From assembly GCA_963737655.1 (NCBI GenBank), contig CAVTTN010000002.1, positions 864,001 to 928,000 on the forward strand: a stretch of 64,000 nt of DNA, in the 5' to 3' direction. How positions within the stretch are numbered: the first letter of the stretch is position 1; the number at the start of each line of letters is the position of its first letter. This document shows, piece by piece, positions 1-9,954 of the stretch. The position numbers and the translations under genes are program-made. A model generated the notes under the pieces. It was not told the origin of the DNA. It made no database searches and was given only the letters and a program-made list of their open reading frames with translations. This DNA comes from an uncultured Planctomycetota bacterium. GTDB taxonomy: Bacteria; Planctomycetota; Planctomycetia; Isosphaerales; Isosphaeraceae.

Positions 1-129
1 ATCGAGGAACTCGAAATCACGTGGCCGGCGGGGTCGAAGCAGACGTTTCGCGAGGTGGCGGCCGATCGATTCGTGAAGATCACCGAGGGATCGGACACGA
101 TCGAAGCCGGGGCCGCCCCGGGTCGGTAA
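1..129 (+). CDS. C-terminal fragment of a probable ASPIC/UnbV (CRTAC1-family) protein
   Basis: Frame 1 reads IEELEITWPAGSKQTFREVAADRFVKITEG...GR-stop, resembling the ASPIC/UnbV C-terminus; truncated by the window edge. Confidence 0.7.
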   Translation: MEELEITWPAGSKQTFREVAADRFVKITEGSDTIEAGAAPGR

Positions 130-142
130 GTCCTTCGGGGTG

Positions 143-252
143 AGATTCACCACCAAGCCACGGAGGGCACGGAGGAAGACACAAAGAGGACCGGAATCCC
201 GCGTATGTCTTTGTGTCTTCCTCCGTGCCCTCCGTGGCTTGGTGGTGAATCT
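143..252. repeat. REP-like palindrome family A, copy 1
   Basis: Perfect 45-bp inverted repeat (143-187 / 208-252) with a 20-nt loop, between convergent genes; related copy at 29989-30091. Confidence 0.9.
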
Positions 253-281
253 GGGTCGGTGCGCAAGGCACGCCGCGATCG

Positions 282-328
282 AAAAAAAACGCCCGGAGAG
301 GCCGGCTTTCGCCGAACCTCGCCGGGCG
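282..328 (-). terminator. Probable intrinsic terminator of the 358-2070 gene
   Basis: GC stem cgcccgg...ccgggcg followed on the minus strand by 8 T. Confidence 0.6.
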
Positions 329-357
329 CGGGATGGGTGACGGCCGGGCCAGGCCGA

Positions 358-2070
358 TCAGCCCTTCCGGTGACGGGCAAGCTTCAAGAGGTGGTGGGCC
401 TTCGGATGAATCTTGCCGTGGGTCGTGGCGGTGGTGGTCGTCGTCGCGGTCGCCGGGGTCGCGGTGCTGGTCGAGCCGGTCGTGCTCGTCGTCCCCGAGG
501 TCGAAGTCGTCGAGGTCGTCGAGGACGAGAGGTTCTGCGAGGCTGGGGTTCCGGTCGTGGTCGTGGTCGTGGGCGTGGTCGTGGTGATCACGTCCGATCC
601 GCTGGTCCCGCCGCTGCCGTTGCTGGCGGTCGTGGTGCTGCCGCCGTCGGAGGTGGTGGTCGTGGTCGTGGAGCCTCCGCTCGTCGCCGACGAGGTGCCG
701 GTGGTCCCCGAGGTGGTCGTCCCGGAGGTGCCCGAGGTCCCGGTGGTCCCTCCGCACGCTCCGGGCCCGCCGGCCATCCCCCCGGAGCCGCCGGCCATCC
801 CTCCCGGCCCGTGATCTCCTCCGAACCCGAAGCCGCCGGTGGGCCTGGAGGACAGATCGGTCTGGATGGCTTCCTGGTCGGCCTTGATCGTGGAGAGGTC
901 CGTCGGGGCCTCTCGGGAGTCGGTGATCGCCGTGGTCAGGTCGGTGAACGCCTGGTCGATGGCGGTCTGCAAGACGGTCGAGCCGGCGAACAGGGCGTCG
1001 AAATCGGTCTTGGCCTGGGTGGTGTCGGCTTCGGAGGTCACGGCGGTGGCCAGCTCGGTCACGGCGGTGTTCAGGGCGGCCGGGCTGATGCGGAATCCGG
1101 CGGGCTCGATCGCCTTGGAGTCGGCGGCCAGGGCGGTCAGGTCGCCGACGGTCAGGCCGGATTTGGCGGCGATCGTCAGGGTGTCGGTCTGGAGCTTCTC
1201 CTGGTCGCTCTGGAGCTGGCTGCTGCCGCCGGGCCCGTAGCCGTAACCGTTGCCGCCGAGGACGGGCCCGCCCTGGCTCGTGACGACCCCCGCGTTGGCC
1301 AGCGAGTTGGTCAGGTCGTTGGGCGAGATCACGCCGGAGCCACCCAGGCCGAGCCCTCCTCCGAAGTGATCGGGCGCCGAGGCGCCGAAGAGGCTCGTCA
1401 GGTCGTTCTGAATCGCCGTCTGGTCGGCGGCGATCAGGACGAGGTCGGCCGACGTGATCTTGGAGTCGGTGATCGTCGTGGAGAGGTCGGTGAACGCCTG
1501 GTCGATGGTGGCCTGGGTCACCGAGGTGCCGGTGAACAGGGCGTTGAAGTCGGTCTTGGCCTGGGTGGTGTCGCCTCCCGAGGTGGTCAGCGCCGTGGCC
1601 AGCTCGGAGACGGCCTTCTGGAGCGCGGTCGGATCGACGCTCGCCCCGGCCGTCCGGATCGCCTGGGAGTCGGTGCCCAGGGCGGTCAGGTCGGCGATCG
1701 TCACGCCGGATTTGGCGGCGAGGGCCTGATAGTCGGTCTGGAGCTTCGTCAGGTCGGTTTGAAGCTGGGTGGCGGCCGTCGAGGACGAGGCCGAGCCGTG
1801 ATCGCCCCAGAAGCCGAACCCGCCCCGACCGCCGAATCCGCCGAAGTCGGGCTCCGCGTCGCCGCCGACGACCACGCCCACGCTGGAGAGCGAGCCGACG
1901 AGGTCGGCCCCGGCGAAGCCCGACAGCACGACCCGCCCTTCCAGAGTCTCGCATCCCAGGACATCGCCCGGGTCGATCCGGCGAGACCTCGGGCGGTCCC
2001 GCAATCCCTCGTCCCCGCCGAACATCCGGCGAAGGTCGCGGATCAGCGCGGCTTTCCTGGTGACGGCCAT
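358..2070 (-). CDS. Secreted planctomycete-type protein with two helical repeat domains and a Thr/Ser/Gly-rich tail
   Basis: GGAGGA RBS before ATG 2070; ETLEGRVVLS motif; two paralogous domains (QLQ.D..KLQTD...AAKSG.T..DLTAL..DS.AI); T/S/G low complexity; basic His/Lys C-terminus. Confidence 0.75.
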   Translation of the reverse strand: MAVTRKAALIRDLRRMFGGDEGLRDRPRSRRIDPGDVLGCETLEGRVVLSGFAGADLVGSLSSVGVVVGGDAEPDFGGFGGRGGFGFWGDHGSASSSTAATQLQTDLTKLQTDYQALAAKSGVTIADLTALGTDSQAIRTAGASVDPTALQKAVSELATALTTSGGDTTQAKTDFNALFTGTSVTQATIDQAFTDLSTTITDSKITSADLVLIAADQTAIQNDLTSLFGASAPDHFGGGLGLGGSGVISPNDLTNSLANAGVVTSQGGPVLGGNGYGYGPGGSSQLQSDQEKLQTDTLTIAAKSGLTVGDLTALAADSKAIEPAGFRISPAALNTAVTELATAVTSEADTTQAKTDFDALFAGSTVLQTAIDQAFTDLTTAITDSREAPTDLSTIKADQEAIQTDLSSRPTGGFGFGGDHGPGGMAGGSGGMAGGPGACGGTTGTSGTSGTTTSGTTGTSSATSGGSTTTTTTSDGGSTTTASNGSGGTSGSDVITTTTPTTTTTTGTPASQNLSSSTTSTTSTSGTTSTTGSTSTATPATATTTTTATTHGKIHPKAHHLLKLARHRKG

Positions 2071-2330
2071 GTTCGGTCCTCCGATCGAGATCGGTTTGAT
2101 TCCGAGAGTCCTCGGCGACGCCCGGCCGGGCGTGCCGTCCACGCATGATGCGACGCGGTTACCAGGGAAAGCGTCGAATCGCCGCCCGACCGCGCGCCCC
2201 GTTGCGAAAATTCGGCTTGACGCACCACCGCGACTGGGCGACGTGAGCCCCCCTTGATCCGGGACGTCGATCCGGGTCATCCTGGGATTCCGCCCAGACG
2301 ATTCGAGCCTCACTCGACGAGCCTTCCGCC

Positions 2331-4049
2331 ATGACGCAATGCTTGATGGCCCTGGCCCTCGCGATGCCCTCCGCCGCCGGACCCGAGTTGAAGGTCTCGT
2401 GGCTCGGCAACAGCTTCCCGGGCTCCGGCGGCAAGTGGGTCCAGAACTTCTTCATCCACATGAACACCCGCCCCGACGGCTCCTGCATCTCCTGGAGCCA
2501 CTGGGACGAGGGCGGCAAGCGATTCGGCGTCTACAAGGACGGCGACGTGGTCGGCGACGAGGATCTCGGCGCCAACAGCCTTCGCGTCAAGGATCGCGAC
2601 GGCCGATCGTGGGAGATCGTCGCCCGCTACGTCGAGCCGAAAGATCATGAATACGACTTCGTGCCCGAGGGTATCCGCCGGGACGGCCAGATCGTCCGGT
2701 TCCCGGGCCTCGAACAGCCGATGGCCCTGGCGATGGCCAGGGACGGGACCTTGATGGTGGCCGATTCGGGCACCGGGTCTCGACAGCAGGTGTTGTTTTA
2801 CGACATTTCCGACCCCGACCGCCCGAAGCTCGCCCGCGAATTCGGCGACCGCGGAGGGATCGGCTCGGGGACTCCCGGCGAGGTCTCTCCGACGAAGTTC
2901 TGGGGCATCCGCGGAGTGGGGATGGACCGCGAGGGGAACCTCTTCGTCGCCCAGAGCGAGATGGGCACCGTCCTCCGCAAGTTCTCGGCCGACGGCAAGC
3001 TCGATTGGCAGCTCTTCGGCCATTTCTTCGTCGATGGCGTGAGCCCCGACCCCACGACCGACGGCGAGGACGTCTGGGGCATCCAGGAACATTACAAGAT
3101 GGATTATTCCCGCCCCCCGGGGCGGGAATCGAAGTGGGTCGGCTACTCGCTCGACCGCCACAAGTACCCGGACGACCCCCGCGGCCTCACCTTCGTGAAG
3201 CAGCAGGGGGAGCACGGATTGACGTCCCCTCAGGTCGTGTACCTCGAGGGCAAGCGGTTCCTGTTCGTCGGCGGGATGTTCGCGAGCAATTTTATCAACA
3301 TTTTTCGCTACGACGGCGAGATCGCCGTCCCCTCGGGCCTGGTCATGCAGTGGGACGGCGGCCTGTATCGGACCGAGCAGAGATGGCCGCCGAACCGCCC
3401 CAAGGGATCGTTCCTCTGGCGAGACCTCAACGGCGACGGGGCCTATCAGGCCGACGAGTTCGCTTCGAACACCGATCGCGTCCGTCCCGGGCCGTTCTGG
3501 GTGGACAGGAAGGGGAACATCTGGATGGCCTACGGCTTCTTCCGCTACGACTTCCAGGGCCTCGACCCCAGGGGCAACCCGATCTATCGCGCCGACAAGG
3601 TCACGCCGATGGAGAAGCCCCGCGGGATGAAGACCGTGGCGAGGGTCCAGTACGACTCCGACAGCGATACCCTCGTGGCCGCCGAGGAGGGCGAGGACAT
3701 GAGGCACATCGGGCGCGTGTTCATTTGCAAGGATTATCTCGCCGGCAATCGCGACGCCGTGACGTTCACGCCCGGGGCCCGGGGGGAGGCGGCGTGCCTC
3801 GCGGCGGCCGGAGATTACGTGTTCACCGGAGGATGGAAGGCCCGGGGGAAGATCTGGGCCAATCGGGTCCGCGACGGCGAGGAAGTCGCCGTGTTCGACC
3901 CGGGCCCGACGCTCGGAGGGATCGAGAACACCGGATGGATCGACGTCATGACGGGCATCACCGCACTGAAGCGAAAGGACGGCGAGTACCTCGTGTTCGT
4001 CGAGGAAGATTACAAGGCGAAGGTGATCCTCTACCGCTGGCGGCCGTGA
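2331..4049 (+). CDS. Secreted NHL/beta-propeller-like protein of unknown function
   Basis: 572-aa ORF with signal peptide; NHL-like segments (PMALAMARDGTLMVAD, FWGIRGVGMDREGNLFVA). Confidence 0.7.
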   Translation: MTQCLMALALAMPSAAGPELKVSWLGNSFPGSGGKWVQNFFIHMNTRPDGSCISWSHWDEGGKRFGVYKDGDVVGDEDLGANSLRVKDRDGRSWEIVARYVEPKDHEYDFVPEGIRRDGQIVRFPGLEQPMALAMARDGTLMVADSGTGSRQQVLFYDISDPDRPKLAREFGDRGGIGSGTPGEVSPTKFWGIRGVGMDREGNLFVAQSEMGTVLRKFSADGKLDWQLFGHFFVDGVSPDPTTDGEDVWGIQEHYKMDYSRPPGRESKWVGYSLDRHKYPDDPRGLTFVKQQGEHGLTSPQVVYLEGKRFLFVGGMFASNFINIFRYDGEIAVPSGLVMQWDGGLYRTEQRWPPNRPKGSFLWRDLNGDGAYQADEFASNTDRVRPGPFWVDRKGNIWMAYGFFRYDFQGLDPRGNPIYRADKVTPMEKPRGMKTVARVQYDSDSDTLVAAEEGEDMRHIGRVFICKDYLAGNRDAVTFTPGARGEAACLAAAGDYVFTGGWKARGKIWANRVRDGEEVAVFDPGPTLGGIENTGWIDVMTGITALKRKDGEYLVFVEEDYKAKVILYRWRP

Positions 4050-4232
4050 GGCGTTTCGGAGATCGGGACGGATTCCGCTTGCGATTTGGCCTCGGTCCCC
4101 GGAATCTTGGGTCGAACGCGCCGTGGAGGTCGCTCCTTGATCTTTTCGAGGGCGTGATGCCCCCCGGTCCACGGCGGATCGGCCTCTCCCGCGATGGATG
4201 CGGTTTCCCTGTTTCCGGAGGAGTCCCCCCTC

Positions 4233-4811
4233 ATGACGACTCGCCGAACGTCCCTGGCCACCCTGGCCCTCGTGATCGGTCTGAGCGCGACATGGACCCT
4301 GGCTCAAGGTCCGGGCCCCGGCCCGGGTGGTCCCGGAGGCCCGGGCGGTCGAGGTCTTGGCGGCGGCGGCTTCCCGCCCAATCCGTTGATGCAGGCCCTG
4401 GACACCGACGGCGATGGTGAACTTTCGGCGAAGGAAATCGAGAACGCCTCGACCGCGCTGAAGGCCCTCGACAAGGACAAGAACGGCAAGCTGACCGCCG
4501 AGGAAGTCCGCCCCGACTTCGGCCGGTTCGGCCCCGGCGGCCCCGGAGGAGGCCGAGGCGCCAACCCTCAGGAACTCGTCGCCCAGTTCATGGCCTTCGA
4601 CAAGAACGAGGACGGCAAGCTCACCCGCGAGGAGCTCCCCGAGCGGATGAGGGGCTTGATGGATCGGGCCGACACGAACAAAGATGGTGTGGTCGACAAG
4701 GCCGAGCTCACCAAGCTCGCCGAGAGCCAGGCCCGGACCGGACCCGGCATGAGGGGCGGCCCTCGCGGCGAACAGCGCAAGGATCAGGCTCGCCCCCCCG
4801 AAGACAAGTGA
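4233..4811 (+). CDS. Secreted EF-hand calcium-binding protein
   Basis: GGAGGAG RBS; signal peptide; four EF loops DTDGDGELSAKE, DKDKNGKLTAEE, DKNEDGKLTREE, DTNKDGVVDKAE; Gly/Pro linkers. Confidence 0.85.
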   Translation: MTTRRTSLATLALVIGLSATWTLAQGPGPGPGGPGGPGGRGLGGGGFPPNPLMQALDTDGDGELSAKEIENASTALKALDKDKNGKLTAEEVRPDFGRFGPGGPGGGRGANPQELVAQFMAFDKNEDGKLTREELPERMRGLMDRADTNKDGVVDKAELTKLAESQARTGPGMRGGPRGEQRKDQARPPEDK

Positions 4812-4816
4812 ATTCG

Positions 4817-4899
4817 TCGATCCGCGGATGACGCAGGCGACCGCAGATGAATGGCAAAATGAAAAACGTTTTATTTCGTCTGCGTCATCCGCGGATCGA
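4817..4899. repeat. REP-like palindrome family B
   Basis: 24-bp arms tcgatccgcggatgacgcaggcga / tcgtctgcgtcatccgcggatcga around an AT-rich loop. Confidence 0.8.
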
Positions 4900-4931
4900 T
4901 CCCCCCCGAGACGACCGCAACCCGAGGCCCG

Positions 4932-6540
4932 ATGGGATTCGTCATGCCCCGCTTGATGATCGCCGCCGTCGTGTTCCTGGCCGTCCCGTCCTCTCCCCGG
5001 GCGGCGAGCGATTTCACGTTTTATCATGAGAACGTGATGGGGACCTCGCTGGAGGTCCGCGTCCGGGCCGACTCGGCCGAGGCCGCGAGCCGGGCCGAGG
5101 CGCACGCCCTGGCCGAAATCGACCGGCTCTCGGCCGTGTTCAGCGGCTACGAGGCGGCCAGCGAGTTCCGCCGCTGGGAGGCCGCCGCGAAAGGGCCGGT
5201 GAAGGTCTCCCCCGAGCTGTTCGAGGTCTTCGCCCTCGCCGATTCGTGGCGAGAGCGGAGCGGAGGGGCGTTCGATCCCCGCGTTCAGGCCCTTTCGCGG
5301 CTCTGGTCCGCCTCGGCCAGGGCCGGTCGCGTCCCTGGCGATCCGGAAGATCGCCGCGGCCCTGAGCTCGATGGCGAAGCCGGCCTGGAGGCTCGACCCG
5401 GCGGCCGGGACCGTCGAGCGGCTGACCGACTCGCCGATCACCTTCAACGCCATCGCCAAGGGGTTCATCCTCGACCTCGCGGCGGACCGCGCGTTCGGGC
5501 CCGATCGCGGCGTCTCGGGCGTCCTCTTGAACGCCGGGGGCGACCTGAAGGCCCGGGGGGACTCCGCCCGCATCCTCGGGATCGCCTCGCCGTTCGCCGA
5601 CTCCGAGACGACCGAGCCGATCGCTTTCGTCGAGGTCCGCGACCGCGCCGTCTCGACCAGCGGGCGTTCCCAGCGGGGGTTTTCGATCGGTGGCCGCTGG
5701 TATTCTCACATTTTTGACCCGAGGACCGGGCGGCCCGTCGAGACGACGGTCGCGGCCACGGTGATCGCCGACCGCTCGGCCGACGCCGACGCCCTGGCCA
5801 CGATCTTCAACGTCCTGGGCGTCGAGGACAGCCTCCGCCTGGCGAACGCGCTGCCCGGGGTCGCCTGCCTGCTCGTCACGAGCGACGGCCGGACGTTCCC
5901 GAGCGACGGGTGGGCCGGCTTCGAGAGGCCGAGGCCGCCCGCGAAAGACCTCGCCATGGCCCAGGCCCCGAAGGCGAAGGACGAGCCCAGGCCGAAAGAG
6001 GAGCCGAAGGCCCCGAAGGTCAAGGACGAGCCGAAGGGCAAGGCCGCGGCCCCGGGCGAGTACGAGCTGCTCGTCAAGTTCGAGATCAACAAGCCCGACG
6101 GCGAGGCCCGCCGCTACCGCCGTCCCTACGTGGCGATCTGGATCGAGGACAAGGACGGCTTCCCCGTCCGCAACCTGACGCTCTGGGTCTCCCAGGGAGG
6201 CGCCGGGCCGGGCCAGTGGCTGCCGGACCTGAAGCGGTGGTATCGCAGCGACCAGGCCCGCCGCCTGGTCGATAACGTGGACATGCTGCCGACGATCTCC
6301 CGGCCCACGAGGATGCCGGGCGAATACTCGGTGATCTGGGACGGCAAGGACGACAAGGGCAAAACCGTCCCCCCGGGCGAGTACACCCTGTTCATCGACG
6401 CCGCCCGCGAGCACGGGACGTATCAAAACATCCGCAAGACCATCCAGGTCGGGGACAAGCCGTTCGTCGAGGAACTCAAGGGGAATGTCGAGATCAAATC
6501 CGCGGCGCTCGAATATCGCCGAAAAGCTCCGGCAAAGTGA
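4932..6540 (+). CDS. apbE: FAD:protein FMN transferase (ApbE) fused to a C-terminal DUF2271 domain; apparent frameshift near 5345
   Basis: ApbE motifs MGTSLEV, GAFDP, AIAKG, NAGGD, VSTSG, YSHIFDPRTGRP, ADALAT split across ORFs 4932 and 5371; DUF2271-like RPYVAIWIED, WDGKDD, AAREHG. Confidence 0.85.
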
Positions 6541-6589
6541 ATCCTCGGCGTCCCATCCCGCGCCCCATGACCGCTCGCTCCGCCGCAGG

Positions 6590-7207
6590 GTGAACATCAA
6601 GTTCGCGGCGTTCATGAGGTGGCTGCACATTTATTTGTCGATGTTCGGCCTGGCGGCGGTCCTGTTCTTCAGCGTCACAGGGATCACGCTCAACCATCCC
6701 GACTGGTTCTTCGAGAAATCCGAGAGGAGCGACCGGGCCGACGGCCGGATGGAGCCCCGATGGCTCCGCCCGGCCTCGCCTCCTCCGGGTGCCGATGCCG
6801 ACCCCTTGCTCGGAGTGGCCAAGCTGGAGGTCGCCGAGTTCCTGCGGAAGGCCCACGGGGTCCGCGGGGCCGTCACGGAGTTTCGCGCGGACGAGGCCGA
6901 ATGCACGGTCGCCTTCAAGGGCCCGGGATACTCGGCCGACGCCTTCATCGACCGCGACACGGGCAAATACACGCTCACACAATCGTATCACGGCTTCATC
7001 GCCGTGATGAACGACCTGCACAAGGGGCGAGACACGGGCAAGGCCTGGTCGTGGGTGATCGACGTCTCGGCGGTGGGGATGACGATCATCTCGCTGACGG
7101 GCCTGGTCCTGCTGTTCTACCTGAAGCGCCGGAGGCTCCCGGGGCTGGTGGTCACGGTCGTTGGGGCCGTGGCGGTGCTGGTGGTGGTCTGGCTCTGGGT
7201 GCCTTGA
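6590..7207 (+). CDS. PepSY-associated TM helix membrane protein (start uncertain)
   Basis: RWLHIYLSM, FFSVTGITLNHPDW, MNDLHKGRD motifs; several hydrophobic helices. Confidence 0.85.
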   Translation: MNIKFAAFMRWLHIYLSMFGLAAVLFFSVTGITLNHPDWFFEKSERSDRADGRMEPRWLRPASPPPGADADPLLGVAKLEVAEFLRKAHGVRGAVTEFRADEAECTVAFKGPGYSADAFIDRDTGKYTLTQSYHGFIAVMNDLHKGRDTGKAWSWVIDVSAVGMTIISLTGLVLLFYLKRRRLPGLVVTVVGAVAVLVVVWLWVP

Positions 7208-7248
7208 CCATCGTCGGAGCACGGCCCCGGGGAAAATTCCAGGAGCTT

Positions 7249-7309
7249 CGCCGCCAAGTCCCAAGGAGCGCGCAGGAAGACGCGAAGACGACCGGGTGGC
7301 TTGGCGGCG
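7249..7309. repeat. Degenerate palindrome, family C-like
   Basis: cgccgccaagtc...ggcttggcggcg arms resemble 43373-43547; between convergent genes. Confidence 0.5.
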
Positions 7310-7355
7310 GATGTGGGTCGGCCCCCGAGGGGTTCTCCACGAAGTGGGATGGGCG

Positions 7356-8435
7356 TCACTTCGGGGCCGGCCTGGCCGCCTTCAAGGCGTTGGCTCGGGC
7401 GATCAGGGCGTCGGCCTCGGCGGTCTTCTTCTGGGATCGGAGGAAGGCCGCGTAATCGTCCATGACCTGGATCTCGGCGGCCGGGTCGGTGGGCGCGGCT
7501 TTCTCGGAAATCGCCAGGGCCTGGCGGAAGAAGCGGTCGGCCTCGTCGGGGCGGCCGAGTTCGCTGAGGATCTTGCCCATCTTCGCGGCGGCCCTGGCGA
7601 CGTGCGGGTGATCGACGCCCAGGGACCGTTCGTAGATCGCCAGGGACCGTTCCATCAGGGGGAGGGCCTCGGCGGCCTTGCCCTCGCGGAATTTCAGCCA
7701 GGCGAGGGCCTCCAGGCTCGCGGCGAGGTCGGGATGATCGGGGGCGACGGCCTGCTCTCGGATCGCCACGGCCCGGCGATAGAGAGGCTCGGCCCGGTCA
7801 AACTTCCCTTGCTCCAGGTAGAGCGTTCCCAGGTTGTGCAGGGTCGGCACGAGGAAGGCCGGAGGGGCCTTCGGCGTCTTCTCGCGGATGGCCAGGGCGC
7901 GGCGGTACAGGGCCTCGGCCTCGTCGGCGCGGCCCTGGGCGTGGGCGATCGCCGCGAGGTTGTCGAGGACCGGCGCCTCGCTCGGGTGATCGGCCCCTCG
8001 GGCCTTCTCCAGGATGCTCAGGCAGCGTTCGAAGAGGGGACGGGCCTGGTCGGGCTTGCCGGCGTGGTCCAGGATGCAGGCCAGCGTGTTCAGGGCCATG
8101 GCCGACTCGGGATGGTCGGGGCCGAAGCGGGTCTGGCAGATCGCCACGGCCTTTCGGGCCATCGCCTCGGCCTCGTCGCGGCGCCCCTGAGCGTCCAGGA
8201 CCCAGGCCAGGTGATCGAGTGCCGTGGCCATCTCCGGGCCGTCGGCGGCCGCGGCGCCGGCCTCCTTCACGGCGGCTCGGAGCCGGAGTTCGGCCTCGTC
8301 GAGCTTACCGGCGCGGAACGCCTTCCAGCCGGCCTGATCGTCCGCTTTCCACGCCGGATCGTCGGCCCTCGCGGTCGCGGTGGCCAGCCCGGCCATCAGC
8401 ATCGCCGCCAGGGTTCCCCGGATCGTCCTGGTCAT
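7356..8435 (-). CDS. Secreted tetratricopeptide repeat protein (kinesin light chain-like TPRs)
   Basis: AGGAGG RBS; signal peptide; repeated G.DHP..A..L.NLA......G...EAE.LYRRALAIRE. Confidence 0.85.
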   Translation of the reverse strand: MTRTIRGTLAAMLMAGLATATARADDPAWKADDQAGWKAFRAGKLDEAELRLRAAVKEAGAAAADGPEMATALDHLAWVLDAQGRRDEAEAMARKAVAICQTRFGPDHPESAMALNTLACILDHAGKPDQARPLFERCLSILEKARGADHPSEAPVLDNLAAIAHAQGRADEAEALYRRALAIREKTPKAPPAFLVPTLHNLGTLYLEQGKFDRAEPLYRRAVAIREQAVAPDHPDLAASLEALAWLKFREGKAAEALPLMERSLAIYERSLGVDHPHVARAAAKMGKILSELGRPDEADRFFRQALAISEKAAPTDPAAEIQVMDDYAAFLRSQKKTAEADALIARANALKAARPAPK

Positions 8436-8473
8436 CGCTTTCGACCTCCTTTGATGATGTTGTGCCAGGTCAT

Positions 8474-9360
8474 TCACAGATTATGATCTTGCCATTCCGC
8501 GTAGTCGAAGCTCCAGTGCGGGCTCGACCACGAGCGTTCCAAAGGGACCTCGCGGACGGGGGCGGGGGCCGGAGCGGCGACGACCTCGGGCGAGGCGGCG
8601 GCCGAGGGATAGTAACCGACCCCGTAATAGCCGGACCGGTAGGCGTATCGAGGCGCCGAGGGCAAAACCAAGGCGGGTTGCGGCCGGGCCGCGACCTCGA
8701 AGTACCGCTCCGGCTCTTTTCGGAACGCGGCGACGCACGCCTCGGAGTCGAGGAATGCGACCTGCCCCCCCCGGGAGACCTTGATCGGCTGGCCGGCCGA
8801 GCCGAGCGGCTTGCCGCAGACGGGGCATACCTTCTGGGCGTCGATCGCCGAGCGGTCCTCGGGCCGGGCGATGGCGAAGGCGAATTCCCCGGCCGGAGCC
8901 GCCGGAGAGATCGACGAAACGAGCACGAACGGGACGGTGAATGAGGCGACGGGCTCCTCCGAGTCCGCCAGGCCGGAGATCTTGAACGCCACCTTGACAT
9001 CGCGGACCGGCACCCAGCTCAGGTCGGCGGACAGGTCGAGCGATTCGGGCTCGCGGCCCCGGGCCGGGGCATGGCCCTGGAGCGGGAAAGCCAGCGACTG
9101 GGAGATGCCGGGCAGCGAGAAATCCGCCTCGCCGGTCAGCTTCGAGACGGCGACCGGGACGTTGGCCTTCGTCCGGGGGAAGACGCGCACGCCCGTCTTG
9201 TAGAAGAAGACCTCGAAGCGGTGGCGGGCCGTCGTCACCAGCCAGCCGCCCCGATGCGAGCGGACCGGCGGCTCTCCCTCGACGGATCGGGCGATGTTGT
9301 GAGCGGGGAAGTGCAGAGAACGGCGCCCAGGACGATCCAGGGTCGGGATGTTCGAGTCAT
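8474..9360 (-). CDS. Secreted protein with a YHS-like metal-binding domain; apparent frameshift near 9310
   Basis: Signal-like MTRTSRPWIVLGAVLC in one frame, body in another; QKVCPVCGKPLGS...FLDSEAC...F...PERY. Confidence 0.65.
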
Positions 9361-9954
9361 CCGAGCATTCTCCTTCGGGCGTCCATGACCGAGCCCGGAG
9401 GGTTCCCCGGGGAATCCCGTGAGACGGGCAAGAGGCTCGACCACCGTGGGCCGCGGCCTTGGTCCGAGTCAACCCGGGCGTGGGCCCGCCATCACCTCGT
9501 CCCGAGATCGCGGCCGCCATGATCGCTCAAGGATGCCATCGTGAGGGGTGAGCGGATTGATGCGTCCCCGGATCGGAAGGGGTGCGCAAAAAAATCCCCA
9601 GCCGCGTCCGTAGTGACACGGTGAGGCCGTCATAGCCTGGAGCTTCGCCCATCGCGAGCCAATCCTGGCCAAATCATACGTATGGGATCGAGAAAGTCAA
9701 CGGGGTCGTCCTCGGTGCCTCGTCCGTCGAGGAAGCGACGGACGGTTCCCCGGAGGGGTTTGGGGAGTCGCGAGTTCCGAGGCTGAAACGCGGGCCACTC
9801 GGCGCGTTCCGGACTCCGATCAAGCCGACGGTTCTGGCCGGTGCGAGGAGCCGGGAGGCGGACCCTGGTTCGAGCGGTTCCGGGGGTGTAACATCCACAG
9901 GCGGCTGACCGGGTCGTGCCGAGGCCCTCCCACCGATCCCGAGGATTCCCGCCC

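Noticed and set aside
9361..9954. Possible riboswitch or sRNA in a 600-bp divergent intergenic region
   Set aside because: No conserved riboswitch motif recognisable by eye; an Rfam scan would be needed
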